From IMG/VR virus record IMGVR_UViG_3300029581_000014: a stretch of DNA of 59,677 bases; one strand, given 5' to 3'. The DNA is from a virus. The notes under the pieces were generated by a model. It was not told the origin of the DNA. It did not search any database and was given only the letters and a program-made list of their open reading frames with translations. Below are positions 8,564 through 17,823 of this stretch, piece after piece; position 1 is the first letter of the stretch; each line of letters opens with the position of its first letter. A program made the position numbers and the translations under genes.

Positions 8564-8571
8564 GTAGAAAC

Positions 8572-9321
8572 ATGGCAGACGAAAAGAAACAGGAAGTAAT
8601 GACACAGGAAAAGGCAGAGGTTAAAGAGAGCAGAAACAAGGTTACAGATTTCAGCCTTGGTATCTTCGGCACTTCCGACAACTTCATCATGGCTAATCAA
8701 ATGGCAAAGGCACTTGCAAGTTCTACGATTGTTCCATCAACTTATCAGAATAATCCGGCAAACTGTCTGATTGCCATTGAACAGGCACAGAGACTTGATG
8801 TTAGTCCGATGATGGTTATGCAGAATTTGTATGTTATCCAGGGAAGACCTTCATGGAGTTCAAAATTCCTTATTGCTGCAATCAACAACAGTGGCAAGTA
8901 CGACATGGAATTACAGTTCGAGGAAACGAAAGATAAGGACGGCAAACCTTTTTCTTGCCTTGCGTGGACTGTGAAGAACGGCAGAAGAATTGAGGGAATG
9001 GTTGTTGACATGGAAATGGCGAAAAATGAGGGTTGGCTTGGTAAAAATGGTAGCAAGTGGAAAACCATGCCACAGCTTATGCTTCGCTACCGTGCCGCTT
9101 CATTCTTTTCGAGCCTTAACTGTCCGGAACTTACACTTGGACTTTATACGAAAGAGGAAATAGTTGACGGTGATTTCAAGGAATATCCTATGGAGAACGT
9201 GCAGGAGCAGGTTCAGAAAGAGATTTCACAGAATGCCAACACTGTACCGTTTGAGGAAGTCACCACGGACAGCACGGAACAGACCATTGCTAACGCAGAG
9301 ACACCGGATTGCTTTAAGTAG
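8572..9321 (+). CDS. RecT-like single-strand annealing protein
   Basis: 'LYVIQGRPSWSSKFLIAAINNSGKY' and 'KWKTMPQLMLRYRAASFFSSLNCPE' parallel RecT blocks. Neighbours are an ATPase and an MBL-fold nuclease. Confidence 0.55.
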   Translation: MADEKKQEVMTQEKAEVKESRNKVTDFSLGIFGTSDNFIMANQMAKALASSTIVPSTYQNNPANCLIAIEQAQRLDVSPMMVMQNLYVIQGRPSWSSKFLIAAINNSGKYDMELQFEETKDKDGKPFSCLAWTVKNGRRIEGMVVDMEMAKNEGWLGKNGSKWKTMPQLMLRYRAASFFSSLNCPELTLGLYTKEEIVDGDFKEYPMENVQEQVQKEISQNANTVPFEEVTTDSTEQTIANAETPDCFK

Positions 9322-9334
9322 GAGGAAAAAATCT

Positions 9335-9685
9335 ATGAAGATTTTGGAAGGGAAAGAGAAAGAATACAAAGACTGGTACGACAAAAACGATGATCCGTAC
9401 GGCAGAGCATGTTTTACTTATGCAGAGCGTTGGGCTGAAATGATGGAGCCGGGAATTGAAAATTCGGACAATCCCATGCAGTACCTTATTGATAATGCTG
9501 GAAAGTTATCACATGAAGCAGACGAAGAAGGAATTACAGGATTCATGTATGGATGTGCCGTAAGCATCTTATCCCAGTGTTGGGAGTATGGAGAAGTACT
9601 TCAGAAATGGCATAACATGGAATGGGGTTATGACGGTGACGGAGTTGTTAATCCGGCAATTATGAAGATCGGTGGTGCAAAGTGA
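9335..9685 (+). CDS. Hypothetical protein (116 aa)
   Basis: Internal ATG of the track ORF, with SD taggaggaaaaa. Confidence 0.55.
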   Translation: MKILEGKEKEYKDWYDKNDDPYGRACFTYAERWAEMMEPGIENSDNPMQYLIDNAGKLSHEADEEGITGFMYGCAVSILSQCWEYGEVLQKWHNMEWGYDGDGVVNPAIMKIGGAK

Positions 9686-10413
9686 AACTGAAATGTTTAG
9701 GTTCCGGTTCTTCCGGTAACTGTTATGCACTGGTGGCAGATGATGGTGAAACACTTCTGCTTGATGCCGGAATACCTATTATCGACATAAAACGTGGTCT
9801 TGGTTGGAATGTAAAAAGTGTGGTGGGTGCAGTAGTAACCCACCACCATAAAGACCATTCTCAATCGGTTATTGATTTGGAAGTCATGGGAATACCAGTG
9901 TTCAAACCATATGAAAGCCTTGAACCTATTGAAATCGGAAAAAGTGAGTGGAGAATACAGGGATTTGACCTGACAACACTGGACGGCAAATGGACTCACA
10001 CGAACGCAGACGGTACGGAATGCCCTTGTTATGGATTTCTGATAACCCACCCGGAAATGGGGAAACTTCTGTACATCACAGACACGGAATTTGTTAAGTG
10101 GCGGTTCAATGAAGTAAACCACATCCTTATTTCATGCAACTATCAGAAGAAGTACATTACAGAGGATTCCAACGATGCTAAGAAATCCCATGTGTACCGT
10201 GGTCATATGGAACTGGAAACAGTAAAAGATTTTGTGTTGGCTAACAAAACAGATAGTTTACAGAATGTCATATTGTGCCATTTAAGCCGTGATAATTCTG
10301 ATGCTGATGAATGTGTCGCAGAGGTAAAAAAGATTGCTCCATTGGCAAATGTGGACTATGCGGCAGCAGGCAAGGAATGGATTTTAAGGAATGGAAAGGA
10401 GTGTCCGTTTTGA
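9682..10413 (+). CDS. Metallo-beta-lactamase-fold hydrolase (probable recombination exonuclease)
   Basis: GTG start overlapping the previous stop. Motifs 'LLLDAG' and 'THHHKDHS' (HxHxDH). Confidence 0.7.
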   Translation: MKLKCLGSGSSGNCYALVADDGETLLLDAGIPIIDIKRGLGWNVKSVVGAVVTHHHKDHSQSVIDLEVMGIPVFKPYESLEPIEIGKSEWRIQGFDLTTLDGKWTHTNADGTECPCYGFLITHPEMGKLLYITDTEFVKWRFNEVNHILISCNYQKKYITEDSNDAKKSHVYRGHMELETVKDFVLANKTDSLQNVILCHLSRDNSDADECVAEVKKIAPLANVDYAAAGKEWILRNGKECPF

Positions 10414-10712
10414 GTGGTGGAAGTTTTGGTTATTTGTGCTACAAAGATGTGCCGGAACTGATGAACAGTTCAAGCATTGCGAACCTTGAAAAAATGGTGC
10501 AGCACTTACAGGAATACGGTTACGAGGACATAGCACGAGATACACAGCGGTTGATTGAGTATATCCGGTCGGCAAGTATCAGAATCGAGGTTTTGAGCGA
10601 GAATCTTAACGGTGTTTTCCATGCGGTAGAGTGGCATGAGAGCGGAGATATTCGCAGAGAAACCATGATTGCAGAACTGGAAAAGTACAGAAATGGTGGT
10701 GCGAATGGCTGA
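10410..10712 (+). CDS. Hypothetical protein (100 aa)
   Basis: TTG start overlapping the previous TGA, with SD aaaggag. Confidence 0.45.
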   Translation: MSGGSFGYLCYKDVPELMNSSSIANLEKMVQHLQEYGYEDIARDTQRLIEYIRSASIRIEVLSENLNGVFHAVEWHESGDIRRETMIAELEKYRNGGANG

Positions 10713-10902
10713 CACATTTTATAGACCACTTACACCACAATTAAGAAGTGAAATAATGCAGAGCATTGATTCTAACATATCCGAACTGAATACCTGTCAA
10801 AACAATTCTTTAGTCAATATGCAAAAGACAGGATATGGGGCATTGAGAAATATTATAAATGCCTTGCCGGACGGATATTTGATTCCATTTGAAAGGCGGT
10901 GA
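10705..10902 (+). CDS. Hypothetical protein (65 aa)
   Basis: ATG overlaps the previous gene's end. Confidence 0.45.
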   Translation: MADTFYRPLTPQLRSEIMQSIDSNISELNTCQNNSLVNMQKTGYGALRNIINALPDGYLIPFERR

Positions 10903-11510
10903 AGTGGTTGACTGATTGGAAGAATGTAGCAAAGGCAAAAGCCATCGAGAAAAAGAACCGTGAGCGAATACTGGCTATCAATCCTTATGTGGATGAAAAA
11001 AGCGGAATCTATTTTTTGACAAGGACAGACGAGGACGGTTTTCGATATGCCTATATCGGGCAAGCGGTCAATCTGCTTTCAAGGCTTGCCGGACACCTTA
11101 AAGGCTATCAGCACATAGATCTGTCAATCAAAAGTCATGGTTTGCATTCCACGGATAACATCTACGGTTGGAAAATCGGATTTATGCACTATCCGGCTGA
11201 AGAGTTAGATAAGTGGGAGCAATACTGGATAAAGAAGTATGCTGACGGTGGTTATCAGCTTCGGAACAAAACGAGCGGTAGTCAGGGTGAGGGAAAGAAG
11301 CAGATCGCAGAATATAAACCGCCTAAAGGCTACCGTGACGGCATTCAGCAAGGCAGAATCAACCTTGCAAGGGAACTGGCCAACATTGCCGACAAGCATC
11401 TAGTCATCAGTTTGAAGACTGAGAAACAGAACAATTCCGTGTCACAGAAACAGTATCAGAAGTTTATGGAACTTTTGCATGGAGAAAAGGATGGTGAAAG
11501 TGATGAATAA
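10899..11510 (+). CDS. GIY-YIG domain nuclease
   Basis: 'SGIYFLTRTDEDGFRYAYIGQA...LLSRLAGHL...EQYWIKKY' matches the GIY-YIG pattern. Confidence 0.65.
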   Translation: MKWLTDWKNVAKAKAIEKKNRERILAINPYVDEKSGIYFLTRTDEDGFRYAYIGQAVNLLSRLAGHLKGYQHIDLSIKSHGLHSTDNIYGWKIGFMHYPAEELDKWEQYWIKKYADGGYQLRNKTSGSQGEGKKQIAEYKPPKGYRDGIQQGRINLARELANIADKHLVISLKTEKQNNSVSQKQYQKFMELLHGEKDGESDE

Positions 11511-11700
11511 AACAGACTATGAAGTACTTTTACAATACGTTGAAGAAACTGACAAGGAGTTTTATGAATCTCTTTCTACTCAAAAACAAATTATGTATCT
11601 TTGCTATCAATATGGAACTGAATCTTTTAAAAAGTACTTGTTTAAGTATAAATTTCAGCAATTCTGTAATAAATTAAAGGAGTTTTTCAGAAAATGGTGA
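11503..11700 (+). CDS. Hypothetical protein (65 aa)
   Basis: ATG with aaaaggatggtga upstream. Overlaps the previous stop. Confidence 0.45.
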   Translation: MNKTDYEVLLQYVEETDKEFYESLSTQKQIMYLCYQYGTESFKKYLFKYKFQQFCNKLKEFFRKW

Positions 11701-11888
11701 AATACAAAGGTGAATGCTGCGGATGTGCAACGAAAGCTTATCCATGTCTCGGCAATAGGTGCCCGAATATAAATGTGAAACATTTGTATTGCGATGATTG
11801 TAATGAAGAGGTAGAGGAACTTTACGAGTTTGACGGTGCACAGTTTTGTAAGGAATGCCTGTTAAAGCAATTTGAGAAGATTACATGA
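11694..11888 (+). CDS. Cys-rich zinc-finger-like small protein
   Basis: Track ORF with several CxxC pairs. Confidence 0.5.
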   Translation: MVKYKGECCGCATKAYPCLGNRCPNINVKHLYCDDCNEEVEELYEFDGAQFCKECLLKQFEKIT

Positions 11889-12076
11889 GTGAAAAAAATT
11901 ACGATTGTAGCTGTTGGAATGAGTACCCAAACACAATGCACTCAATCAACGGACGCACTCACAAACCATATCAGAGTGGTAAATGGAAATGTGTTGATTG
12001 CTACGAATATGTAGGAAAATCAGAATACGGTGCTACTCATTGCAAAAGGAAAGAGCCAGAACTTGAAAAGAGGTGA
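11885..12076 (+). CDS. Cys-rich small protein
   Basis: Track ORF with an ATGA overlap. Confidence 0.5.
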   Translation: MSEKNYDCSCWNEYPNTMHSINGRTHKPYQSGKWKCVDCYEYVGKSEYGATHCKRKEPELEKR

Positions 12077-12084
12077 TACATAAA

Positions 12085-12648
12085 ATGCCAAAACGATATG
12101 ACAATCCGCAGGAAATTTTGAAAATCATGCGGCAGACAGAACTTTTGAAGCAGTCTGCCGAAAGAAGTCCATTCACCGGAATACTGACACTGTTCTGCTA
12201 TACCTTGTGGAAAGACTACAAGTACTCACAGGCGAGACTTTTCGACTTCTGCGGTAAATTCACCGAGTACAACGAAAAGTACGAGAATGAGCCTTATACG
12301 GAGTTACAGAGCAGGCTTAACGATTTTGCAGACTGGACGATTGAGTATAAGGAATTTACAGAAGCAGATTTTCCAAGATATAAATCAAAGATAGCACAGG
12401 AATGTATCCGAGAACAGGTCAGATGTAACAACATTATCAATGATTTATCCACAAGGTACATCCTATATGGAATGGTAATTCTTATGGAAGATGGTTTTGG
12501 TAAAAAGAAACTTACGAATTTCAAGGATAAGTTTTCAGACCATATGGACAAAGCAGGAGACAAATGCAATGGAAAAGATTTCATGGACTTGTGGAGAGAA
12601 CTGGTGGAAAACACTGGAATCTATATAGAGAAGCCTATTTTTGAGTAA
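12085..12648 (+). CDS. Hypothetical protein (187 aa)
   Basis: ATG 9 nt after agaggtg. Same frame as track ORF 12073..12648. Confidence 0.55.
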   Translation: MPKRYDNPQEILKIMRQTELLKQSAERSPFTGILTLFCYTLWKDYKYSQARLFDFCGKFTEYNEKYENEPYTELQSRLNDFADWTIEYKEFTEADFPRYKSKIAQECIREQVRCNNIINDLSTRYILYGMVILMEDGFGKKKLTNFKDKFSDHMDKAGDKCNGKDFMDLWRELVENTGIYIEKPIFE

Positions 12649-12658
12649 GGAGTTCTAA

Positions 12659-13081
12659 ATGGCAGAAAAACGAATGTTCAGTTCAAAAATAATTGAGAGT
12701 GATGCTTTTTTGGATATTCCTGCTACGGCTCAAATGCTTTATTTCCATATCTGTATGAACGCTGACGATGACGGATTCGTGAATAACCCACGGAAAATCA
12801 TAAGGATGTGCGGTGCTTCAGAAGATGATTTGAAAGCGTTGATAGACAACAGATTCCTATTATCTTTTGATAGTGGTGTTGTATTAGTAAAGCACTGGCG
12901 CATTCACAACTACATTCCACCGGATCGTTACAAGCCGTCATGCTATGTGGATGAAAAAAGCAAAATAGGTTTGAAACTAAACGGAGCATACACCACAGAC
13001 CCTAAAAAGATGATTTCTCCCGTAGAGGGAAATCCAAAGAAGCGTTGTTACGACAATGAAATCAAACTTGATAAGAGGTGA
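12659..13081 (+). CDS. Replication initiator / replisome-organizer-like protein (N-terminal winged-helix type)
   Basis: SD aaggag. 'FLDIPATAQMLYFHICMNADDDGFVNNPRKI...VLVKHWRIHNYI' resembles phage replication organizer N-terminal domains. Confidence 0.5.
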   Translation: MAEKRMFSSKIIESDAFLDIPATAQMLYFHICMNADDDGFVNNPRKIIRMCGASEDDLKALIDNRFLLSFDSGVVLVKHWRIHNYIPPDRYKPSCYVDEKSKIGLKLNGAYTTDPKKMISPVEGNPKKRCYDNEIKLDKR

Positions 13082-13086
13082 TATAA

Positions 13087-13404
13087 ATGCAGATGACAGG
13101 CTATGAATTGTTGGCGAATTACGAAAAAGCAGAAGACAAGGACAAACAGATTCAGATTCTTTCGGATTTGAACCACATTCCGGTTGATATGGTGAGTTTT
13201 GTGATTGATAACAGTGAGAAATTCGATACTTCAGAGATACCGTTATCCACAGAAGAATTTGCCAAGTGGTGTGAGACGGAACTTGACCGTGTGGATAATC
13301 ATATTCATGCACAGGAAATATATTATAGAGAACTTTGCAATGTATACAGAATCGCAAGTACATACGGAAAAAGAGTGCAAAATCGTGAGCAGAGGATTTC
13401 ATAG
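13087..13404 (+). CDS. Hypothetical protein (105 aa)
   Basis: Track ORF with SD agaggtga. Confidence 0.55.
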   Translation: MQMTGYELLANYEKAEDKDKQIQILSDLNHIPVDMVSFVIDNSEKFDTSEIPLSTEEFAKWCETELDRVDNHIHAQEIYYRELCNVYRIASTYGKRVQNREQRIS

Positions 13405-13532
13405 CGAGAATGAATTGCGGAAGATGGAGCAGCATCCCAGTGTGCGGGCAATCCGCATCGGACGCACGAAGCCGTATGACTGCAGCTATCCAGTGATGAA
13501 GAGCAAGCCGAGGATTCCGGAAAGGAGTAAGG

Positions 13533-13907
13533 ATGGGAAAAGCAGCAGGGATTAGAGGATACACAGCAGACGAAGTTGCAGAAAGTAGACGTATAGAACT
13601 GGAAAAAGACTATGAAAAATGCCGTAATAAGTTTGATGAAGTAAAAATCAGAACGCAATCGGTTAAAACTGCAAAATTAGAACTTGAAGAGTGCAAACAT
13701 GAACATGAAAAAATGCTATCAGAATATCGCAGAGATAGCGTAGACAGAGTTTTATCGTACATTCGCACAAAGAAAATTACGGACTCAAATGAATTGGATT
13801 TACTGCTGTGCCACTGTCAGAATAAGCTGAACGGTAACATTGATGGTATTGAGTTAAATTTGCACTATGAGGAAAGGAGCAAGGATGGAGAGATTAACCG
13901 AAAATAA
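13533..13907 (+). CDS. Hypothetical coiled-coil protein (124 aa)
   Basis: Track ORF with SD aaaggagtaagg. Confidence 0.55.
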   Translation: MGKAAGIRGYTADEVAESRRIELEKDYEKCRNKFDEVKIRTQSVKTAKLELEECKHEHEKMLSEYRRDSVDRVLSYIRTKKITDSNELDLLLCHCQNKLNGNIDGIELNLHYEERSKDGEINRK

Positions 13908-14325
13908 ACGGAATAGTGATGGTACTGGAGTGAGCAAACAAAGCTTAATTGATAGATCCGGAAAAGGATATCCAAGCAACTATGCAAGATACATCGTTAC
14001 TAGACTGGCAGAGCTCGAAGATCTGGAAGAGCAGGGATTGCTCCTGCGGTTACCGTGCAAGGTGGGAGATACCGTTTATGTAGTCACTTCTCCATTTAAT
14101 GTGTTTGATGATATTGAATATGATGAGAACATGAAAGACGAAGTCTATGAAGCTTATGTTTCTAGTGTATCATTTTATGAAAGCGGAGAACAATATAGAA
14201 TTTACTCTAAGGTAACAAATCATTTTATAGGAGCATATTTTAGAGAATGCGATTTTGGTAAAACGGTATTCTTCACACAAGCGGAAGCCGAAGCCAAACT
14301 GGCAGAAATGGAAGGTGCGGAATGA
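13885..14325 (+). CDS. Hypothetical protein (146 aa)
   Basis: Internal ATG with SD aaaggagcaagg. Confidence 0.55.
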   Translation: MERLTENKRNSDGTGVSKQSLIDRSGKGYPSNYARYIVTRLAELEDLEEQGLLLRLPCKVGDTVYVVTSPFNVFDDIEYDENMKDEVYEAYVSSVSFYESGEQYRIYSKVTNHFIGAYFRECDFGKTVFFTQAEAEAKLAEMEGAE

Positions 14326-14684
14326 AGAGAGAAGAAGCTATCAAGGATTTGGACATTATTAGGTTTAATCCTCATTGGGATGAATTTGTAAATGAAGAAT
14401 ATTGGAAAGAACTTATGGAAATGGCAATCACTGCCTTACAGAATCAGCCGGTGTGGATTCCGGTAAGCGAGAGACTGCCGGGAAAAGATAGCGGAGACTA
14501 TCCGATAAATATGGTTACTCTTGATACTGGGGAAGTGTGCATTGGAGTTTACCGACGTGACAGCAAAGAATGGTGGACGAGAATGAACGAAGGCGAAACT
14601 TTATACAATACAGATCATGTGGTTGTAGCCTGGATGCCACTGCCGGAGCCGTACCGGGAAAGTGAGGTAGAGAATGGCAAATAG
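14322..14684 (+). CDS. DUF551-like phage protein
   Basis: 'WIPVSERLPGKDSGDYP...VCIGVYRRDSKEWW' has the DUF551 pattern. Confidence 0.5.
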   Translation: MKREEAIKDLDIIRFNPHWDEFVNEEYWKELMEMAITALQNQPVWIPVSERLPGKDSGDYPINMVTLDTGEVCIGVYRRDSKEWWTRMNEGETLYNTDHVVVAWMPLPEPYRESEVENGK

Positions 14685-14901
14685 GCACACATTACATAGC
14701 AACAAATTAGATGCTTTTCGCAAATGGCTTATCAAAGATGGATGGACGATTGAAGAACCCAAAGGTATATGGGAAGTATTAAGAGCGAAAAAGGCAGGAA
14801 GACAGAATCCCTTGATTGTCTATCAAAAAATGAACAAAGAGCATTTAAGCGTGCTGGACAGAGATATTGATGTCATCAAGAGATTTTTACAAGAAAAGTA
14901 G
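14674..14901 (+). CDS. Hypothetical protein (75 aa)
   Basis: Track ORF with SD gaggtagag. Confidence 0.55.
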   Translation: MANRHTLHSNKLDAFRKWLIKDGWTIEEPKGIWEVLRAKKAGRQNPLIVYQKMNKEHLSVLDRDIDVIKRFLQEK

Positions 14902-14908
14902 GTGGAAG

Positions 14909-15184
14909 ATGGTGAAATGTAATAATTGCAAGAATTTAGAAACAAAGGATAACGGGTTTGATGCGTACTCATGGTGCGAGAAAATCAACGACTGTCCGCA
15001 TGAGGACATAGAAAGAGATTGCGAGCACTACTCCCCTATGACCAACGCAGACCGGATCAGGAGCATGACTGACGATGAGCTGGCAGATTTTTTAGTGACA
15101 GTAGAAACATACGGTTATCACGACCAGAGCATATCGGGAACCTACGAGATGAATGAATGGCTCAGGGCAGAAAGCGAGGAATGA
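14909..15184 (+). CDS. Hypothetical Cys-containing protein (91 aa)
   Basis: Internal ATG with SD taggtggaag. Confidence 0.5.
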   Translation: MVKCNNCKNLETKDNGFDAYSWCEKINDCPHEDIERDCEHYSPMTNADRIRSMTDDELADFLVTVETYGYHDQSISGTYEMNEWLRAESEE

Positions 15185-15186
15185 GG

Positions 15187-15627
15187 ATGCAAGATAGATA
15201 TTTATTCCGTGGAAAGCGGATTGATAATGGAGAATGGGTACATGGTTACTTGTTTGATGATGGATTTGAAAATGGAAGAGTATTTATTGGCGGAATTGTT
15301 ATTGAAAAATACAATGGAACTGCTTGCGATGATTGGAATGTTACTGGTATAAATTTCTACGAGATAGACCCGAACACTATCTGCCAGTGTACCGGACTTA
15401 AGGACAAGAACGGCAAGCTGATTTGGGAGAATGATATTGTTAAACATTACAATGATGGAGCACATCCAGAAAATTATTGCACTGGCACTGTACTTTGGGA
15501 TGAAAATTATGCTGAATTTTATCGGACAAGTAATGAGTATGGATTATCAAAGCCACGTATAAACAGGGATTGTATTTATGAGGTTATCGGAAACAAATTT
15601 GACAATCCGGAACTGTTGGAGGTGTAA
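15187..15627 (+). CDS. YopX-family phage protein
   Basis: 'YLFRGKRIDNGEWVHGYL...CQCTGLKDKNGKLIWENDIV' is the typical YopX pattern. Confidence 0.65.
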   Translation: MQDRYLFRGKRIDNGEWVHGYLFDDGFENGRVFIGGIVIEKYNGTACDDWNVTGINFYEIDPNTICQCTGLKDKNGKLIWENDIVKHYNDGAHPENYCTGTVLWDENYAEFYRTSNEYGLSKPRINRDCIYEVIGNKFDNPELLEV

Positions 15628-15631
15628 TATA

Positions 15632-15832
15632 GTGACATGCAAACGCAAAAATCGTAATTGTCGGTATGAGTATAATCAAAATTCTTACCAGTGCAAGAAA
15701 TGTATTGAGGAAAATTTAAATCAATATCCGATTACCTGCGAAGATTGTCATTACGGTGGTTGGGGAATATGCAATAAAAGGGGTAAGAATCAGCGGAGAA
15801 TGAGACCTTGTGAGGATTTTAAATGGAGTTAA
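15632..15832 (+). CDS. Cys-rich small protein (66 aa)
   Basis: GTG start 7 nt after ggaggtg. Confidence 0.45.
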   Translation: MTCKRKNRNCRYEYNQNSYQCKKCIEENLNQYPITCEDCHYGGWGICNKRGKNQRRMRPCEDFKWS

Positions 15833-15843
15833 GGAGGGTAGCC

Positions 15844-16356
15844 ATGACGGAGAATGAAGCAATAGAAAAATTACATGCATATCTTGAATGTGAAAGCCGT
15901 AGAGCAAAAATTGTAAGTTGTAATGAAAGTTGCGATGATTGCGAATTATGTTATATGCAGGGTACTGGTGCTGAACACATTACAAGTGTGAAAACAGCAA
16001 TTAAGGCACTGGAAGAGGTGCAACAGTACCGCCAGATCGGAAAGATTGGCACCTGTAGAAATGCCGTTGAGATCTGCAAAGCTATGATCGAGCGTGGGAT
16101 TGACCAGGACAATATCGCAGAATACATAAAATTTGAGGATAACCTAGTGCAGAGAGGGTACGACCTCAAAAAGCTGATTGAGATGATGGAGGAGCATAAG
16201 CAGTACCGTCAGATCTGCACGGTGGAGGAATGTTTGCGGAATAAGGATTTCTTGGATTTCCTTGCGGACAAGATGAACCCGAACGATTTTGAAACATATT
16301 TGAGTATGTACAATTCATCTGGCGAGAAACAGGAGGATGAACGATGGGAAAATTGA
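15844..16356 (+). CDS. Hypothetical protein (170 aa)
   Basis: Internal ATG with SD aaggagggtag. Confidence 0.55.
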   Translation: MTENEAIEKLHAYLECESRRAKIVSCNESCDDCELCYMQGTGAEHITSVKTAIKALEEVQQYRQIGKIGTCRNAVEICKAMIERGIDQDNIAEYIKFEDNLVQRGYDLKKLIEMMEEHKQYRQICTVEECLRNKDFLDFLADKMNPNDFETYLSMYNSSGEKQEDERWEN

Positions 16357-16658
16357 TTTATGCGAATAAATTAAAAGCGGATTTAGAAAAAGCAATTTCA
16401 AAGAATGAAGATATGGATTGCTTAGACTTTTTACGCGTTGCTTCTGTTACAGATGCCCAGCCTACCGCCTACGACCCGGACAAGGTTGTGGAGCAGTTGG
16501 AAGAACGCACAGCATTCCTTAAAGACTGTACGAAGTATGGAAATAAGACAGCAGAGCAGCAGTCAAAATCCTACGACACTATGATGATGTATGAGGTCAA
16601 GGATTTGGTAGATGATTTGTTGGAGATTGTAAAGGCAGGTGGTTCAGATGGCAATTAA
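16344..16658 (+). CDS. Hypothetical protein (104 aa)
   Basis: Track ORF with SD aggagga. Confidence 0.55.
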   Translation: MGKLIYANKLKADLEKAISKNEDMDCLDFLRVASVTDAQPTAYDPDKVVEQLEERTAFLKDCTKYGNKTAEQQSKSYDTMMMYEVKDLVDDLLEIVKAGGSDGN

Positions 16659-17388
16659 GCCGATTTTATTCAATACAGAGATGGTTCGGGCAATTCTGGA
16701 TGGGAGAAAGAGTTGTACGAGAAGAATAATTAAACCACAACCGCAAGGATATTTTGAAGTAAGCGAAGAACCGCTGTATATATATGATACAGACGGAAAA
16801 CAAGGCAAAATTACACCAACATATCAGCCGGGCGATATCCTGTATGTCCGAGAGACATGGCGTGTTGGAGCATGGGATATATTCAATCAAATGATAGCCT
16901 TTGACTATAAAGACGGCACTTGCGGAGAATTAACTTACATACATGACCGGGAGCTGTTTGATAGGTTAGTAAATCAATCCAGAAATGATGCCAGACAAGC
17001 AAAATGCGAATACAACGGTGCGGATTTTGTCTGGGAGAAAGGAAAATCGCCTTGCCGTTGGCACCCATCCATCCACATGCCGAAAGAAGCCGCACGTATC
17101 TGGCTTAAGGTTACGGATGTGAGAGTGGAGCGGTTGCAGGATATTACAGAGGAACAAGCATGCATGGAGGGAACAGACCCGTGGGATGAAGTATGTTACG
17201 AAAACAACGGATGGCATCCAACGTTTTCAGACCCAGACAGTGGTGGAGACCCTAATATGGTCGATGGATTTCATAAACTTTGGAACTCCACCATCAAGAA
17301 ATCCGATCTTGACCGTTATGGTTGGGATGCTAATCCGTGGGTGTGGGTAATTGAATTTGAACGGTGTGAGAAGCCAAAAGGAGTGTGA
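16648..17388 (+). CDS. ASCH-like domain protein
   Basis: 'ILFNTEMVRAILDGRKSCTRRIIKPQP...GDILYVRETW' is recalled from ASCH-type phage proteins. Confidence 0.4.
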   Translation: MAIKPILFNTEMVRAILDGRKSCTRRIIKPQPQGYFEVSEEPLYIYDTDGKQGKITPTYQPGDILYVRETWRVGAWDIFNQMIAFDYKDGTCGELTYIHDRELFDRLVNQSRNDARQAKCEYNGADFVWEKGKSPCRWHPSIHMPKEAARIWLKVTDVRVERLQDITEEQACMEGTDPWDEVCYENNGWHPTFSDPDSGGDPNMVDGFHKLWNSTIKKSDLDRYGWDANPWVWVIEFERCEKPKGV

Positions 17389-17567
17389 TGCAGATGGAAC
17401 CCATTGATTACACCGCCCTGTACGAGCAGAATGAGGACTTTAAGCGGTACGTTGACAGATATTGCATCAAGCACAGAATCAGCGTTGAAGAAGCCTTACA
17501 GCACTATCTAGTGCAGATGGCAGGGAGACAGTACAAGGAGCAGGCAGAAAATATTAAAAAAATATAA
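17385..17567 (+). CDS. Hypothetical protein (60 aa)
   Basis: Track ORF with SD aaaggagtg. Confidence 0.5.
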   Translation: MMQMEPIDYTALYEQNEDFKRYVDRYCIKHRISVEEALQHYLVQMAGRQYKEQAENIKKI

Positions 17568-17675
17568 AATATATGATTTTCTGCTCTAAATTTTCTTTTT
17601 TTGTTTTTTTTCTAACATATTAATTATGAAGATAGTAGCTACCTGTCTTGATTTATATGAAAGGAGAAAAGGCCA

Positions 17676-17762
17676 TGAAAAAGAAAATATTAGACATTAT
17701 TGGTTTTGTTGGAAGTGTTTCAAGTATCTTATCCCTGATTATTTATTTCGTCAACAGATAAT
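17676..17762 (+). CDS. Small hydrophobic peptide (28 aa)
   Basis: SD aaaggagaaaagg. Translation MKKKILDIIGFVGSVSSILSLIIYFVNR. Isolated in a 256-nt gap. Confidence 0.4.
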
Positions 17763-17823
17763 ATGAAGAAAGGAGTGAGAGGTTTGCTGGCCAGCGTGAA
17801 AGAGCTCTTTACTCCGATTAAAA

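Noticed and set aside
13405-13532. GC-richer 128-bp gap with a 43-codon ORF (part of track ORF 13205..13555).
   Set aside because: It has no SD and overlaps the well-supported start of the next gene. I could not find repeats or structure that would justify calling it an origin.
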